DNA of 64,000 bases, taken from positions 32,001-96,000 of the forward strand of contig JANRJK010000023.1 of assembly GCA_033764015.1 (NCBI GenBank), given 5' to 3'. Positions within the stretch are counted from its first letter, which is position 1, and every line of letters starts with the position of its first letter. Shown here in pieces: positions 10,855 through 20,220 of this stretch. A program made the translations under genes and the position numbers. The DNA is from Candidatus Sumerlaeia bacterium. Lineage in GTDB: Bacteria; Sumerlaeota; Sumerlaeia; SLMS01; JANRJK01. The notes under the pieces were generated by a model. That model was not told where the DNA came from, searched no databases, and worked only from the letters and a program-made list of their open reading frames with translations.

Positions 10855-11356
10855 AGCGGGGAGGAGTGCGCCCGGGCATCGTTTGCGCGGGTGGCGAAGG
10901 GGGCGGTTGGCCGAAGCAGGCTGGTCTACTTCCTGGTCGACCCGCGGGTCCACGGGACGTGGTCGCGAGGTGGAATCCCAGGTGGCGCGGTTTCAGAAAA
11001 TCCTCCACCCGTTGAAGGTCACTTGGGAACCGCTGCCGATGAGAAAGGTCCCCTCGGCGGCGGCGCTGCTCCCCCCAAGGGCGCCGACGGCCTCCACAGA
11101 GACGGTCCATGTCTCGCCGGGGTCCTGGCTGAGCCCCTTGGCCCTGCGGGCATCTGCGAGCCGCCTTCCAAGCTGTACGAGCATAGGGTCTCTTGGGCGG
11201 ATACTTCTTTGGCATGGTGGAGCCATGCCACACCAATGCCGACTATCCGTCTACATACAAGGTGTAGCATGCCGCTTGCGCCGTCGGTGTCAGCATCGGA
11301 CCGTGCTTGCGTACCCCATGAGTCTCTTGGGACCACTCACTGCGAGGGCCACGTCC

Positions 11357-13261
11357 ATGCGCATCCTTCTGGTCGTTTGCTCCGTTGTCTCGATCACCAC
11401 TACACTCTCCGCCCAGCAGCTCGCCGAGGTCGGCAACTACGGCGAGAACATCAGCACTGTCGCCATAGACGGGGCGAAGGGCGTGCTGAACGAGGGGACT
11501 TCGCTGCGAGTCATTGATATGACGGTTCCTACGGCGCCATCATTCAAGGGCTCGGTGTCGCTCGGCTCCGTCCCAACCGGGGTCTTCGTGGTGGGGAACT
11601 ACGCCTACGTTGCGGGCTACACCGGTCCGTTCAGCGTCATCAGTATCGCCGACAGCAACGCGCCGACCCTTGCGGGGTCCGTTGACTGGGAAGCCTGGAA
11701 GAACGCTGTCTGGGTTCGGCGTGGTGGCGATTACGCCTACCTCGGTACTTGTGGCACGGTCGAGGTGGTCGATGTCCGCACGAAGACGGCCCCCGTCCGC
11801 GTCGGGTCGCTCGGGCAGCTGGAGTCTTGCGTCGAGTCGATCACTGGCGATGGCGGCTACTTGTACGTGGTCACTGACGGCGCGGCCACGAGGGTGCGGA
11901 TCTACAGTCTGGCCTCTCCTGCGTCCCCGCTCCTGCTCGGCACAATCCCCGGCAACGCCGTCCCGTCGCGGCGCGCCAACTCCGTCGCGGTGTTCGGCGA
12001 TGTCCTCTATGTCGGTCAGGAGGATGGAACGCAAGCCTACGACATCACGGACAGGGCGGCTCCCAGACTGATGGGTCGCGTCGAGACGGAAGATCGCTAC
12101 TACGAGACCGCGATGGACGTGGATCGCGGGCTGCTCTACGTCGCCGATTGGGAACGCGCCGACGTGTGGCAGCTCGCCAGTCCGGACGCTCCGTCGCCCT
12201 TCATCCGCATCGACGGTGGACCTGAGCATCAGGTTCGCCAGGTGGCCGCCTACTCGGGCATAGCCCTGGCTGCTAGGACCTATGCCTTGTCGCTCGCAAA
12301 CCCGACAGCAGGAACCAACACCGACGTGCGAGCGCTCACGCCCGGAACTGGCTGGGCAGGCACCTTGGCGGCATCAGGCACGACGCTCTACCTCGGGACT
12401 GGGCCCGGCCTGGCGACGCTGTCCCTTGCGAACCCGACGCAACCGGCGTTGCTCAATCATCAATACACCCGTTGGTCCGGCGATCTGAAGGTCGTTGGAA
12501 ACAGCCTCTACAGCCTCTCCCCGTGGGGGTATCTTGAGGCCTACGACATCACGACAGCATCGAATCCGACGTGGATCGCTGAGTACCCCGTGTCAGGTGG
12601 ACTCGACACGCTCAGGCTGTCCGTCACCGCAACGCTCGTAGCCGCAACAGCTGGGAACCAGATGATCCTCTATACGCGATCATCCGGCGGGACGCTGACG
12701 GAACGATCGAGAACGACGCTGCCCACCGGCGCGAATGCCGTGGCCCTTGCGGGCAGCACGGCTTACGCAGCGCTGACAAATGGCACTGTCCGCGTCTACA
12801 GCGTCTCGAACCCGTCGTCGCCATCGTTGATCACGACCAGGACGGTGTTCGGCAGCACTGGCGCGGGCATCTTCAATGTCGACGCTGAAGTCGCTGGGAA
12901 CAGGCTGCACCTTCTCTACGGGCGGACCGGTTACGCCGTCATCGACATCTCGACCCCAGCCAGCCCCTCGGTGCTTGGCACCTTCGCGGCCTTTGAGCTG
13001 GAGGGCTCGGACATCGCGGTGGAAGGCAACACCGCCTACCTTGCCACATTCGGGTGGAACGGACGGCGTGGGATCCGTGCTCTCAACATCTCCAACCCCT
13101 CGTCGATCCAGGAGATCGCCACCGTCAGGGCCACGGGCCTGCCGAGGTCGGTCCTGGTCACGTCAGGGTTCCTGTACAGCGCCGAGGACAAGGGAGCACT
13201 ACGCGTGCGTAACCTCGCTCCAGCGCCCGCAGGACATGGATCTGGCTTCATGTTCCACTGA
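11357..13261 (+). CDS. Secreted LVIVD-repeat (beta-propeller) protein
   Basis: Signal peptide MRILLVVCSVVSITTTLSA; many V.G.YAYVA...G.L.VIDIS.P..P...G repeats; ends GHGSGFMFH. Confidence 0.88.
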   Translation: MRILLVVCSVVSITTTLSAQQLAEVGNYGENISTVAIDGAKGVLNEGTSLRVIDMTVPTAPSFKGSVSLGSVPTGVFVVGNYAYVAGYTGPFSVISIADSNAPTLAGSVDWEAWKNAVWVRRGGDYAYLGTCGTVEVVDVRTKTAPVRVGSLGQLESCVESITGDGGYLYVVTDGAATRVRIYSLASPASPLLLGTIPGNAVPSRRANSVAVFGDVLYVGQEDGTQAYDITDRAAPRLMGRVETEDRYYETAMDVDRGLLYVADWERADVWQLASPDAPSPFIRIDGGPEHQVRQVAAYSGIALAARTYALSLANPTAGTNTDVRALTPGTGWAGTLAASGTTLYLGTGPGLATLSLANPTQPALLNHQYTRWSGDLKVVGNSLYSLSPWGYLEAYDITTASNPTWIAEYPVSGGLDTLRLSVTATLVAATAGNQMILYTRSSGGTLTERSRTTLPTGANAVALAGSTAYAALTNGTVRVYSVSNPSSPSLITTRTVFGSTGAGIFNVDAEVAGNRLHLLYGRTGYAVIDISTPASPSVLGTFAAFELEGSDIAVEGNTAYLATFGWNGRRGIRALNISNPSSIQEIATVRATGLPRSVLVTSGFLYSAEDKGALRVRNLAPAPAGHGSGFMFH

Positions 13262-13609
13262 CAGGCTTGGTCGCCGACAGAGTCGCTGAGGCTGTCGGGG
13301 TGCTTTGGAGCGCCTTAGCGGGTTCTCGCGCGGGCCTGCCTATCCCTGTGCTGCCCAGAGTGCAGATGCGTCCAAGCTTCGCTGAGGACGTCCGCAACCG
13401 CATGGCCCGAACTGTCTGGGATCGCCTGCTGACCTCGCGGGTCGACAAGTGATTCGGCGCGGACCATTGGTCGCATTCTCAGCCATGGCAGGGGGTAGCG
13501 CAGGTCCTGCTTGGATCGCCCTGAGTACAGCCGTTTCTCACCTCTCTGATGGCATGCGGTTGATCGATCCTCACGAGCCATCCGGAGAGCACCTCCGAGA
13601 TCTTCGCAC

Positions 13610-13795
13610 CCCGCCAATCCCTGGAAGACGATGGCGTGATGCTCCTGCTCATGGAGTCCAAGTGGGGGGACGGCTACCGCACCAGGATGTGGAAGCACTT
13701 CGCGAAGACCTTCGCCCCGCTGTCGGAGCCGCGGGAGGCGCCGGGGTAGCCGGGGGGATGTGCCTCAGGCCTCGCACACCGCGGAGCAGTTCGGG
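13610..13795 (+). repeat. 186-bp direct repeat, copy 2 (includes the last 31 bp of queD)
   Basis: Aligns with 10669-10854. Confidence 0.95.
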
Positions 13796-14220
13796 GTTTC
13801 CCAGACCGTCAGCCGCTTCAGGCTGAGGGCGGCATTGCGCTGGGACAGTGCGGCCTGCACACGGCGATAGCACCAGGTGGCCAGCGCCTCGGCGGTCGGC
13901 GGGTCATTCATCACCACGAGGCGCCAGCCCTGCGATTCGAGGAATCCGCGAAGGGGCTGGTCTTCCTCCCAGACCATGAAGGCATGGTCGAGCGGGTCGT
14001 GGACTTCGCGCATGAGGACTTCCTTCAGCACGGCGAAGTCCGCCACCATGGCGTTGTCGCTGGCGCGGTGGGATGCGACCACTGGGCCCTCGACCTCCGC
14101 CACGATGCGGTAGCGGTGGCCGTGGACGTTGCAGCAGGCGGCGTTGTGGAAGGGGAGCCGATGCCCGACGTCGATCTGGATTTCGCGGGTGACACGGAGG
14201 CGGAGAGGTTCGGAAGCCAT
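13765..14220 (-). CDS. queD: 6-carboxytetrahydropterin synthase (6-pyruvoyl tetrahydropterin synthase family)
   Basis: GHRL....C.NVHGHRY, MVADF..LK, LDHAF, PTAE.LA and VWETPN motifs. Confidence 0.9.
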   Translation of the reverse strand: MASEPLRLRVTREIQIDVGHRLPFHNAACCNVHGHRYRIVAEVEGPVVASHRASDNAMVADFAVLKEVLMREVHDPLDHAFMVWEEDQPLRGFLESQGWRLVVMNDPPTAEALATWCYRRVQAALSQRNAALSLKRLTVWETPNCSAVCEA

Positions 14221-14256
14221 GGAAGGAAGGGGGTCCTGGCGCTTGGCGGACGGTGG

Positions 14257-15336
14257 TCACCGTCCCGCTGGTTGCCTCGGGGCGCGCCGGGCCGGAGGGC
14301 AACGTTCAATCAGTGCTCCGGCGGCGAGTTCCCCCACGGCCAGGGCCGCCGTGACCCCGTGGCCCCCGAGCGCCGCCACGTGGAACAGCCCCTCCACGGC
14401 GGCGTCCCATCCGATGCGGAAGCGCCCGTCCGGCGCCAGGGTTCGCAGGCAGGCCCAGTGGCGCAGGGGGCGGGCGTCCGCCAGCCCCGGCGCGGCGTGG
14501 GGCAGCTTCTCCCAAAGCGCTTCGAGGGCGTCGGGCGCGGGTTCGGGGGGCGCAGGGGGGTGCGGTTGCACCTCGCAGGCGCTCATGACAGCTTGGCGTG
14601 GGGTCTCCGGCCGGGCGTAGTACCCGCGCGAGACGTCCCAGACCACGGGGCAGTCGCGGCCTAGCGCCGACTCCACCAGGTGGAGGTGCCGGCGCAGCGG
14701 CGCCAACCCCAGGGCAGGCGCGCCGAAGCGGGCCTGCAAGACATCGGCCCAGGCGCCGGCGGCGTTCACGACCATGCGCGCGGTCCACTCGCCGCGGCTC
14801 GTCGCCACACGGAACCCCCCGGGCGCGGCGCGCCCGGCGAGCACCTCGCAGCCGAGATCGAAGCGCACCCCGTGGGCGCGGGCGTCCCCGGCCAAGTGGG
14901 CCAGCAGGGCTCCGGCGTCGATCCGTCCGTCGCGCGGCGAGAACACGCCCTCCTGCGCGCCGGAGGGCAGCCACGGAGCGAGCTCGAGGCAGCCGGCGGC
15001 GTCGAGCCGGACGTCGCCGGGTCCGCCGTGGAGCGCCGCCAAGTCCTCCAGCCCGCCCACCAGGAGCACGCCGCAGCGCTGCGAGAAGGCGCGGCCCGTT
15101 TCGGCCTCCAGCGCGTCGAGCAGCTCGCGCCCGCGACGGCACACAGCGCTCAGCACGGGATCCTCGTGGACCGTGCGGAGGATCTCCGCGTTGCGGCCGG
15201 AGGCATGGACGCCGACCGCCGGTTCGCGCTCGACCACCCGGACGGGGCCCACCCCGCGGCGGGCCAAGGCGCGCGCCGTCGCGATGCCGGCGAACCCGGC
15301 CCCGACGATCATGACGCCCGGGTGGTCGTCTTCCAT
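14257..15336 (-). CDS. FAD-dependent oxidoreductase (DAO/glycine oxidase family)
   Basis: IVGAGFAG Rossmann motif, ASGRNA, VVNAAGAWAD, WACLRT..PDG and LGGHG motifs. Confidence 0.88.
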   Translation of the reverse strand: MEDDHPGVMIVGAGFAGIATARALARRGVGPVRVVEREPAVGVHASGRNAEILRTVHEDPVLSAVCRRGRELLDALEAETGRAFSQRCGVLLVGGLEDLAALHGGPGDVRLDAAGCLELAPWLPSGAQEGVFSPRDGRIDAGALLAHLAGDARAHGVRFDLGCEVLAGRAAPGGFRVATSRGEWTARMVVNAAGAWADVLQARFGAPALGLAPLRRHLHLVESALGRDCPVVWDVSRGYYARPETPRQAVMSACEVQPHPPAPPEPAPDALEALWEKLPHAAPGLADARPLRHWACLRTLAPDGRFRIGWDAAVEGLFHVAALGGHGVTAALAVGELAAGALIERCPPARRAPRQPAGR

Positions 15337-15409
15337 GCGCAAACGGTGCGCGGGGCCGGCCGGAGGGCGCGAGCCCAAGGCGGCCACGCCGGCATGTGCG
15401 ACACCGCCC

Positions 15410-15688
15410 GCGCGCGGCAAGCTCGTCTTCGCCGGCCAGTGCCTCGCCTGCCACACGGCCGACGGCTACCGCTCGATGAAGCGGCTGATGAAGGGGCGCG
15501 ACGCCGCGTCGATCGGCAACGTCGTCGCGATGCTCCACGACCAGGAGAAGGAGTCGCCGTACCGGTCGTTCATGCCGCCGCTCGCGGGGACGAAGGAGGA
15601 GGTCGCCGCGCTGGTGGGCTACCTCGATTCGCTGGCGAACCCGGCCGCCGCCACGCCGGCGAACACCAGCCTCGCCGCCGCCGAGTAG
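15410..15688 (+). pseudogene. Orphan c-type cytochrome domain (5'-truncated gene fragment)
   Basis: RGKLVFAGQCLACHTADG (CxxCH) and FMPPLAGT.EE..AL..YL; no signal peptide or convincing start, upstream frame runs antisense into the oxidoreductase. Confidence 0.7.
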
Positions 15689-15825
15689 AACGGCGCCGCA
15701 AGGCGGCGGGGACCGCCGCCATCACACCGACGCCGCAGCCGCCCGGTCCCGGGGCGTCTGCGGCGTCGGTCTTTGGGGCATGGCTCGCGCGCCGGAGGTG
15801 TGGTGGTTCCGGGCGATTGCGCCGC

Positions 15826-16422
15826 CTAGTTGCCGCCCGTGTTGGCGGCGGTGCGCAGCAGGTCGCCGTCGGAGGCGGTGCCGTTCGTGGGGTCGTAGAG
15901 CGCGCGGAAGCCGTAGTAGCTGCCGGCGTTGACGAAGGCGAGGTCCGGTCCGGCGCTGCTGAGCTTCCACGGGCTGTTGCCCATGTTGCGCGCCCAGTCC
16001 GCCGCGACGCCGGGATTGCGGGGGAGGTCCTCCCACGCCGCCGACGAGTAGTCGTAGGAGTGGCGCGAGCGCGCGGAGCCGTCGATGTAGTGCGTGTGGC
16101 CGGGTCGCGAGGCTTCCGCGAGCGCGGAATCCTGGAAGACGTCGGTGGGGAGCGCCGCGAGGTAGGCGACCGGCGTAGTGAGGCCCTTGAGCGCGTTGAC
16201 CCAGCCGAAGTGCGCGAAGCCGGGATCGCCGTCGTAGGGGGGGCGCTGGTGGTCCGCGGAGTAGGCTTCGATGGCGGTGGCGAGGGTGCGCAGGTCGCTG
16301 CGGACCCGGCTGACCTTCGAGCGCGTCTGCGCCGCGAGGAAGTTGGGGACCGCGATCGCGGCGAGGATCGAGATGATCGCGACGACAACGAGGAGTTCGA
16401 TGAGGGTGAACGCGCGGGCCAT
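15826..16422 (-). CDS. Prepilin-type N-terminal cleavage/methylation domain protein
   Basis: MARA|FTLIELLVVVAIISILAAIAVPNF; C-terminal SAGPD...YDPTNGTASDGD. Confidence 0.9.
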   Translation of the reverse strand: MARAFTLIELLVVVAIISILAAIAVPNFLAAQTRSKVSRVRSDLRTLATAIEAYSADHQRPPYDGDPGFAHFGWVNALKGLTTPVAYLAALPTDVFQDSALAEASRPGHTHYIDGSARSRHSYDYSSAAWEDLPRNPGVAADWARNMGNSPWKLSSAGPDLAFVNAGSYYGFRALYDPTNGTASDGDLLRTAANTGGN

Positions 16423-16445
16423 GATCGGGAGGGGTCCTTTCCGGC

Positions 16446-17882
16446 CTAGCGGCTCTCGGTGATCTTGGCGAGGACGAGGGCGCGGAGCTCCGGATCCCGC
16501 GGCATCATGCCGTTCTTCTCGAGGAGCGCGAGCCGGCGCGACTGGGAGGCCGCGCGATCGATGCGCCCCGCCTTGAAGTCGCTCGATACCTGTTCGAACT
16601 CGGGGAGCAGGTCGGGGCGGTTGGCGGAGAAGACGAGCACCTCGGGTCCGCCGGCGGCGGAGCGGCGGAGGGCGTACGCGAAGACCGCGCAGAGCCGCCG
16701 TTCCGGCCAGAAGTGGAAGCTCGCCAGCGTCCGCTCGCCGAAGGGCAGGTCGGCGACCGCGAACACGTGCGACTCCACCTCGCCGCCGTGGCCGTGGGCG
16801 GACGCCTCGACGGTGCCGGCGTCGACCGCCTTGAGGCGCAGCTCCTTCACGACGGGATGCTCGACCGCGGTGAGGAGGCGCACTTGCTGGCCCACCGGCA
16901 GCGCGAAGGCGCTCTCCATGCCGACGGTGGTCTGGATCACTTGCTCCTGCGGGGCGCCCGGGGGGGCGGGCGCGGCCGCGGCGGTGGCGGGCGCGGCGGC
17001 GGGACCGGGGGGCTGGTCCGGGGCGGCGGCGAAGTACAAGACCCCCGCCAGCCCCGCGATGATGGCCGTGCCCGCGACGACTTTCGCTGTTCCCATGGCT
17101 GCGACTCCTGATGCCGCGATGGCGGCGTGTGATTGGAGGAATCCGACCGCGGTGGATGCGAGGGCCCCGGCGCCTTCCCGGGGCGCGGTGGCGGCGGCGG
17201 CGGCGGCGAGGTTCCGGGCGGCGGCGGGGGGGAGGGCCGAAGCGAGGCCGACGACGCCGAGGGCGCCCGGGAGCGCGGCGGCGCGCGGCGTCCACGCCGC
17301 GGGCCCCAGCCGCTCCAAAGCGTCCCATTCGTGCCGCAGCTCCGCCCGCGCCTTCTCCAGCCGCCGCCCCACGGTCGTGTGGTGCACCCCCGTCCGCCGG
17401 GCGATCTCGCTGTGGCTCAGCCGCTCCACGTAGTGCAGCAGCACCAGCTCGCGCGTTTCGCCGTCGAGCCGCTCCATCGCCCCCCGCACGCGGCGCCGGT
17501 CCTCGGCGGACGCCATCGCCTCGGCCGCGGTGGGCTGGCCGTCGGGGATGTTCTCCACCATGTGCGCCACCTCCGATTCGAGCTGCTGCACCAGACGCGA
17601 GCGGCGTGTGCCCTGGCGCCGCCACTGCACGGCGAGGTTGCGCGCCATGCGGGCGACCCATCCGCCGAAGAGCGCCCCGCTGCGCAGCCCGCCCAGGTTC
17701 AGCCAGGCGCGCAGGAAGACCTCCTGGGCGAGATCCTCGGCGGCGTCCTCGTCCAGCCGCGAAACGCCGACCAGCCAGACCGTGCGGTAGTGCCGGGCCA
17801 CCAAGGCGTCGAACGCCTCCCGGTCGCCCGCGCAGGCCTGGCGGCAAAGCGCCTCGTCGCCGATCCGGGTTGTGTCGTCCAT
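16446..17882 (-). CDS. ECF sigma-70 factor with C-terminal transmembrane/extracytoplasmic extension
   Basis: GDREAFDALV, AEDLAQEVFLRAW (sigma2), LSHSEIARRTG...TVGRRLEKAR (sigma4), then hydrophobic VVAGTAIIAGLAGVLYF and a further ~180 aa. Confidence 0.88.
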   Translation of the reverse strand: MDDTTRIGDEALCRQACAGDREAFDALVARHYRTVWLVGVSRLDEDAAEDLAQEVFLRAWLNLGGLRSGALFGGWVARMARNLAVQWRRQGTRRSRLVQQLESEVAHMVENIPDGQPTAAEAMASAEDRRRVRGAMERLDGETRELVLLHYVERLSHSEIARRTGVHHTTVGRRLEKARAELRHEWDALERLGPAAWTPRAAALPGALGVVGLASALPPAAARNLAAAAAATAPREGAGALASTAVGFLQSHAAIAASGVAAMGTAKVVAGTAIIAGLAGVLYFAAAPDQPPGPAAAPATAAAAPAPPGAPQEQVIQTTVGMESAFALPVGQQVRLLTAVEHPVVKELRLKAVDAGTVEASAHGHGGEVESHVFAVADLPFGERTLASFHFWPERRLCAVFAYALRRSAAGGPEVLVFSANRPDLLPEFEQVSSDFKAGRIDRAASQSRRLALLEKNGMMPRDPELRALVLAKITESR

Positions 17883-18309
17883 GGGCCCCGCTTCGCATCC
17901 AGTCGCGTGATTCCGGGCGGGAGCTAACCCGCCTCTACCCCTACTGACGCCAGACCCCGCCCACCTGTGCGCCCCGGCGGAGAAAATCTCCGCAAGGCCC
18001 GGGGAAATGCCCGCGCCTATGAGAGAGTTCAGCGTGGCGAGGAAGACAAGCGCCGTGGACAGTCGCAAGCGGGGCCCGTCGCGGCTGGCGGGCAGGGGCG
18101 CAACCGGGAGGCTCCGGAAATCGAATCTATCGACGGCGTCGGACCATCAGGAACTCTCCAAGGCCATGCCGGGCCGCGTCCCAGCGCGGATCGCCTGCAG
18201 GATCGCCAATTGACCCTTTCGGCGTGGCCGGCGCATTGTAACACACGTCGGCGGTACGCCGCGTCGAAGGCGGCGCGAGCCAGCGCCCGGACCAAGGATT
18301 CGAAGTCCC

Positions 18310-20220
18310 ATGAACGTTCGCTTTCCCGTAGTCGCCCTGGCGGCCTTGCTGCTCTCGGCCGCGCTCCCTGCTGCGCCCACCATCTCCGGGCGAGTGACCA
18401 TCGCCTCCTCGGGGAACGGTCTCGCCGGGATCGACCTCGACGTCTTCGACGTGGCAACGGGCGACTCCGTGGCGATCGTGTCGGGGGGCATCTCGGGCAC
18501 CGGCGGCAACTTCACGATGACGCTGCCCGCGGCGGGCACTTACATCGTCCGCGCGGATCCCGGGCGCACCGACGGTCTGGTGGACCAGTACTATCCGGGC
18601 AGCTTCCTCGCGAGCGGCGCGGCGGCGCTCGCCGTGACGGATGGTTCGGCGCTGACGAACATCAACTTCGCGCTCCCGGCGGGCGTCGTCGTCTCTGGCC
18701 GGGTGACCGCGGTCGGCGGCGCAGCCCTCGACGACATCGACATGGACGTTTACGCCTCGACGGGCGAACTGCTCACGGGCGTCCCCGCGCGGACCGCCGG
18801 GGGTGGGTTCTACGATCTGGGGGCGCTTCCGGCGGGCAGCTACTTCGTCCGCGCGAATCCGGATCCCGCGCTGGACCAGTTCTTCGTCACGACGTACTTC
18901 GGCGGCTCGCCGAACCAGGCTGGTTCCACGCCGGTGGCGGTCGGGGGCGGCAACGTCGCGAACGTCAACATCGTCCTGCCGCCGGGGGGCTCCATCTCGG
19001 GCACGGTCACCGACGGTGCGGGGGACCCTCTGGCGAACCTCGACTTGGACGTCTATGACGCGAACGGAGCGCGCATGGCAGCGAATGCCGTGACGGCGGC
19101 GGACGGCACCTACGACATCGGCGGCTTCCCGGCGGGCCAGTACCGCCTCCGGGTGGACCCGACGATTCCACAGGGGTACCCCCGGACCTGGTATCCATCG
19201 GTGTACATCGAGCCCTCGGGTACCCTGCTGACGGTGGCGGTCGGCCAGCGCACGACCGGGGTGGATTTCTCGCTGCCCCGTGGCGGCGTCGTCGCGGGCC
19301 GCATCGCCGCGGCGGAGAACGACGCGGCGCTCGCCGACATCGATCTCGACATCTACGACGCCACGCAGGCGCGTGTGGACTTCACCACGAAGACACGCGC
19401 GGACGGCACGTACACGATCGGGCCGCTTCCGCCGGGCCAGTTCTTCCTCCGCGCAGACCCGGGCCTCACGCAGTTCCGCGCGCGGGAGTACTACCCCGAC
19501 ACGGACTCCTTCGCGACTGCGCAACTGGTCTCGGTGGCGGGAAACGGCACGACCGCGGGGATCAACTTCTCGCTCGCCAAGGCTTCGTACATCGCGGGTG
19601 TCGTGACCTCCAACGGCTCGCCGGTCGCCGGCGTCGACCTCGACCTCTACGATGCCGCGACCGGCGCGGACGTGCTGGTGCCGGGCGACTTCACCCGGGC
19701 GGACGGCTCCTACGACCTGGGGTCGCTGCCGCTGGGCAGTTACAAGCTCCGCGTCGACCCGACCAACACGAGCGGGTTCGCGCTCGAGTACTTCGATGGC
19801 AAGGCCACCCGAGACACGGGGGACGTCATCGTGCTTGGCGACGGCGTCGGGGCCCCGGCCACAAACTTCGCGCTCGACGCGGGCGGCATCATCCGGGGGC
19901 GGGCCACGGACGCTTCCACGGGCCAGCCGCTCGTCGGGTTCGACCTCGACATCTTCCGGTCGGACACGCTGCTGCGCATGGACAACGGCGCGGTGACGGA
20001 TGCCGCCGGCGACTACCAGTTCGACCGCCTTCCCGCAGGCTCGTACATTGTCCGCCTCGACCCGGTGAACGGCGCGACGTACCTGACGACGTACCACCCG
20101 AGCGCCCCGAACGCCGCCAGCGCCAACGCAGTTGTCCTCGGCGCGGGCGCGACCGTCGCCAACATCGACGTCGCCGTGCTGCGCCGCCCGGCGCAGGCTG
20201 TGGGGTGGATGATCCGCTGA
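18310..20220 (+). CDS. Secreted carboxypeptidase-regulatory-like (beta-sandwich) repeat protein
   Basis: Signal peptide; six ~100-aa repeats ISGRVT...PLAGIDLD.YD...T.ADG.Y..G.LPAG.Y.VR.DP; ends AQAVGWMIR. Confidence 0.88.
   Translation: MNVRFPVVALAALLLSAALPAAPTISGRVTIASSGNGLAGIDLDVFDVATGDSVAIVSGGISGTGGNFTMTLPAAGTYIVRADPGRTDGLVDQYYPGSFLASGAAALAVTDGSALTNINFALPAGVVVSGRVTAVGGAALDDIDMDVYASTGELLTGVPARTAGGGFYDLGALPAGSYFVRANPDPALDQFFVTTYFGGSPNQAGSTPVAVGGGNVANVNIVLPPGGSISGTVTDGAGDPLANLDLDVYDANGARMAANAVTAADGTYDIGGFPAGQYRLRVDPTIPQGYPRTWYPSVYIEPSGTLLTVAVGQRTTGVDFSLPRGGVVAGRIAAAENDAALADIDLDIYDATQARVDFTTKTRADGTYTIGPLPPGQFFLRADPGLTQFRAREYYPDTDSFATAQLVSVAGNGTTAGINFSLAKASYIAGVVTSNGSPVAGVDLDLYDAATGADVLVPGDFTRADGSYDLGSLPLGSYKLRVDPTNTSGFALEYFDGKATRDTGDVIVLGDGVGAPATNFALDAGGIIRGRATDASTGQPLVGFDLDIFRSDTLLRMDNGAVTDAAGDYQFDRLPAGSYIVRLDPVNGATYLTTYHPSAPNAASANAVVLGAGATVANIDVAVLRRPAQAVGWMIR

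Noticed and set aside
10340..11356. 340-aa N-terminal extension of the LVIVD ORF in the track
   Set aside because: Non-protein-like and crosses the direct repeat; a good signal peptide begins at 11357
13267..13749. Single frame interrupted only by three TGA codons (possible recoding or selenoprotein)
   Set aside because: TGA is the commonest chance stop in GC-rich DNA, other genes here use TGA as stop, and no SECIS-like context or family motif was recognised
13765..14220. queD as part of a 7-deazaguanine DNA-modification (dpd) defence island
   Set aside because: No dpdA/tgt, queC, queE or folE nearby; the RM gene is 20 kb away and unrelated
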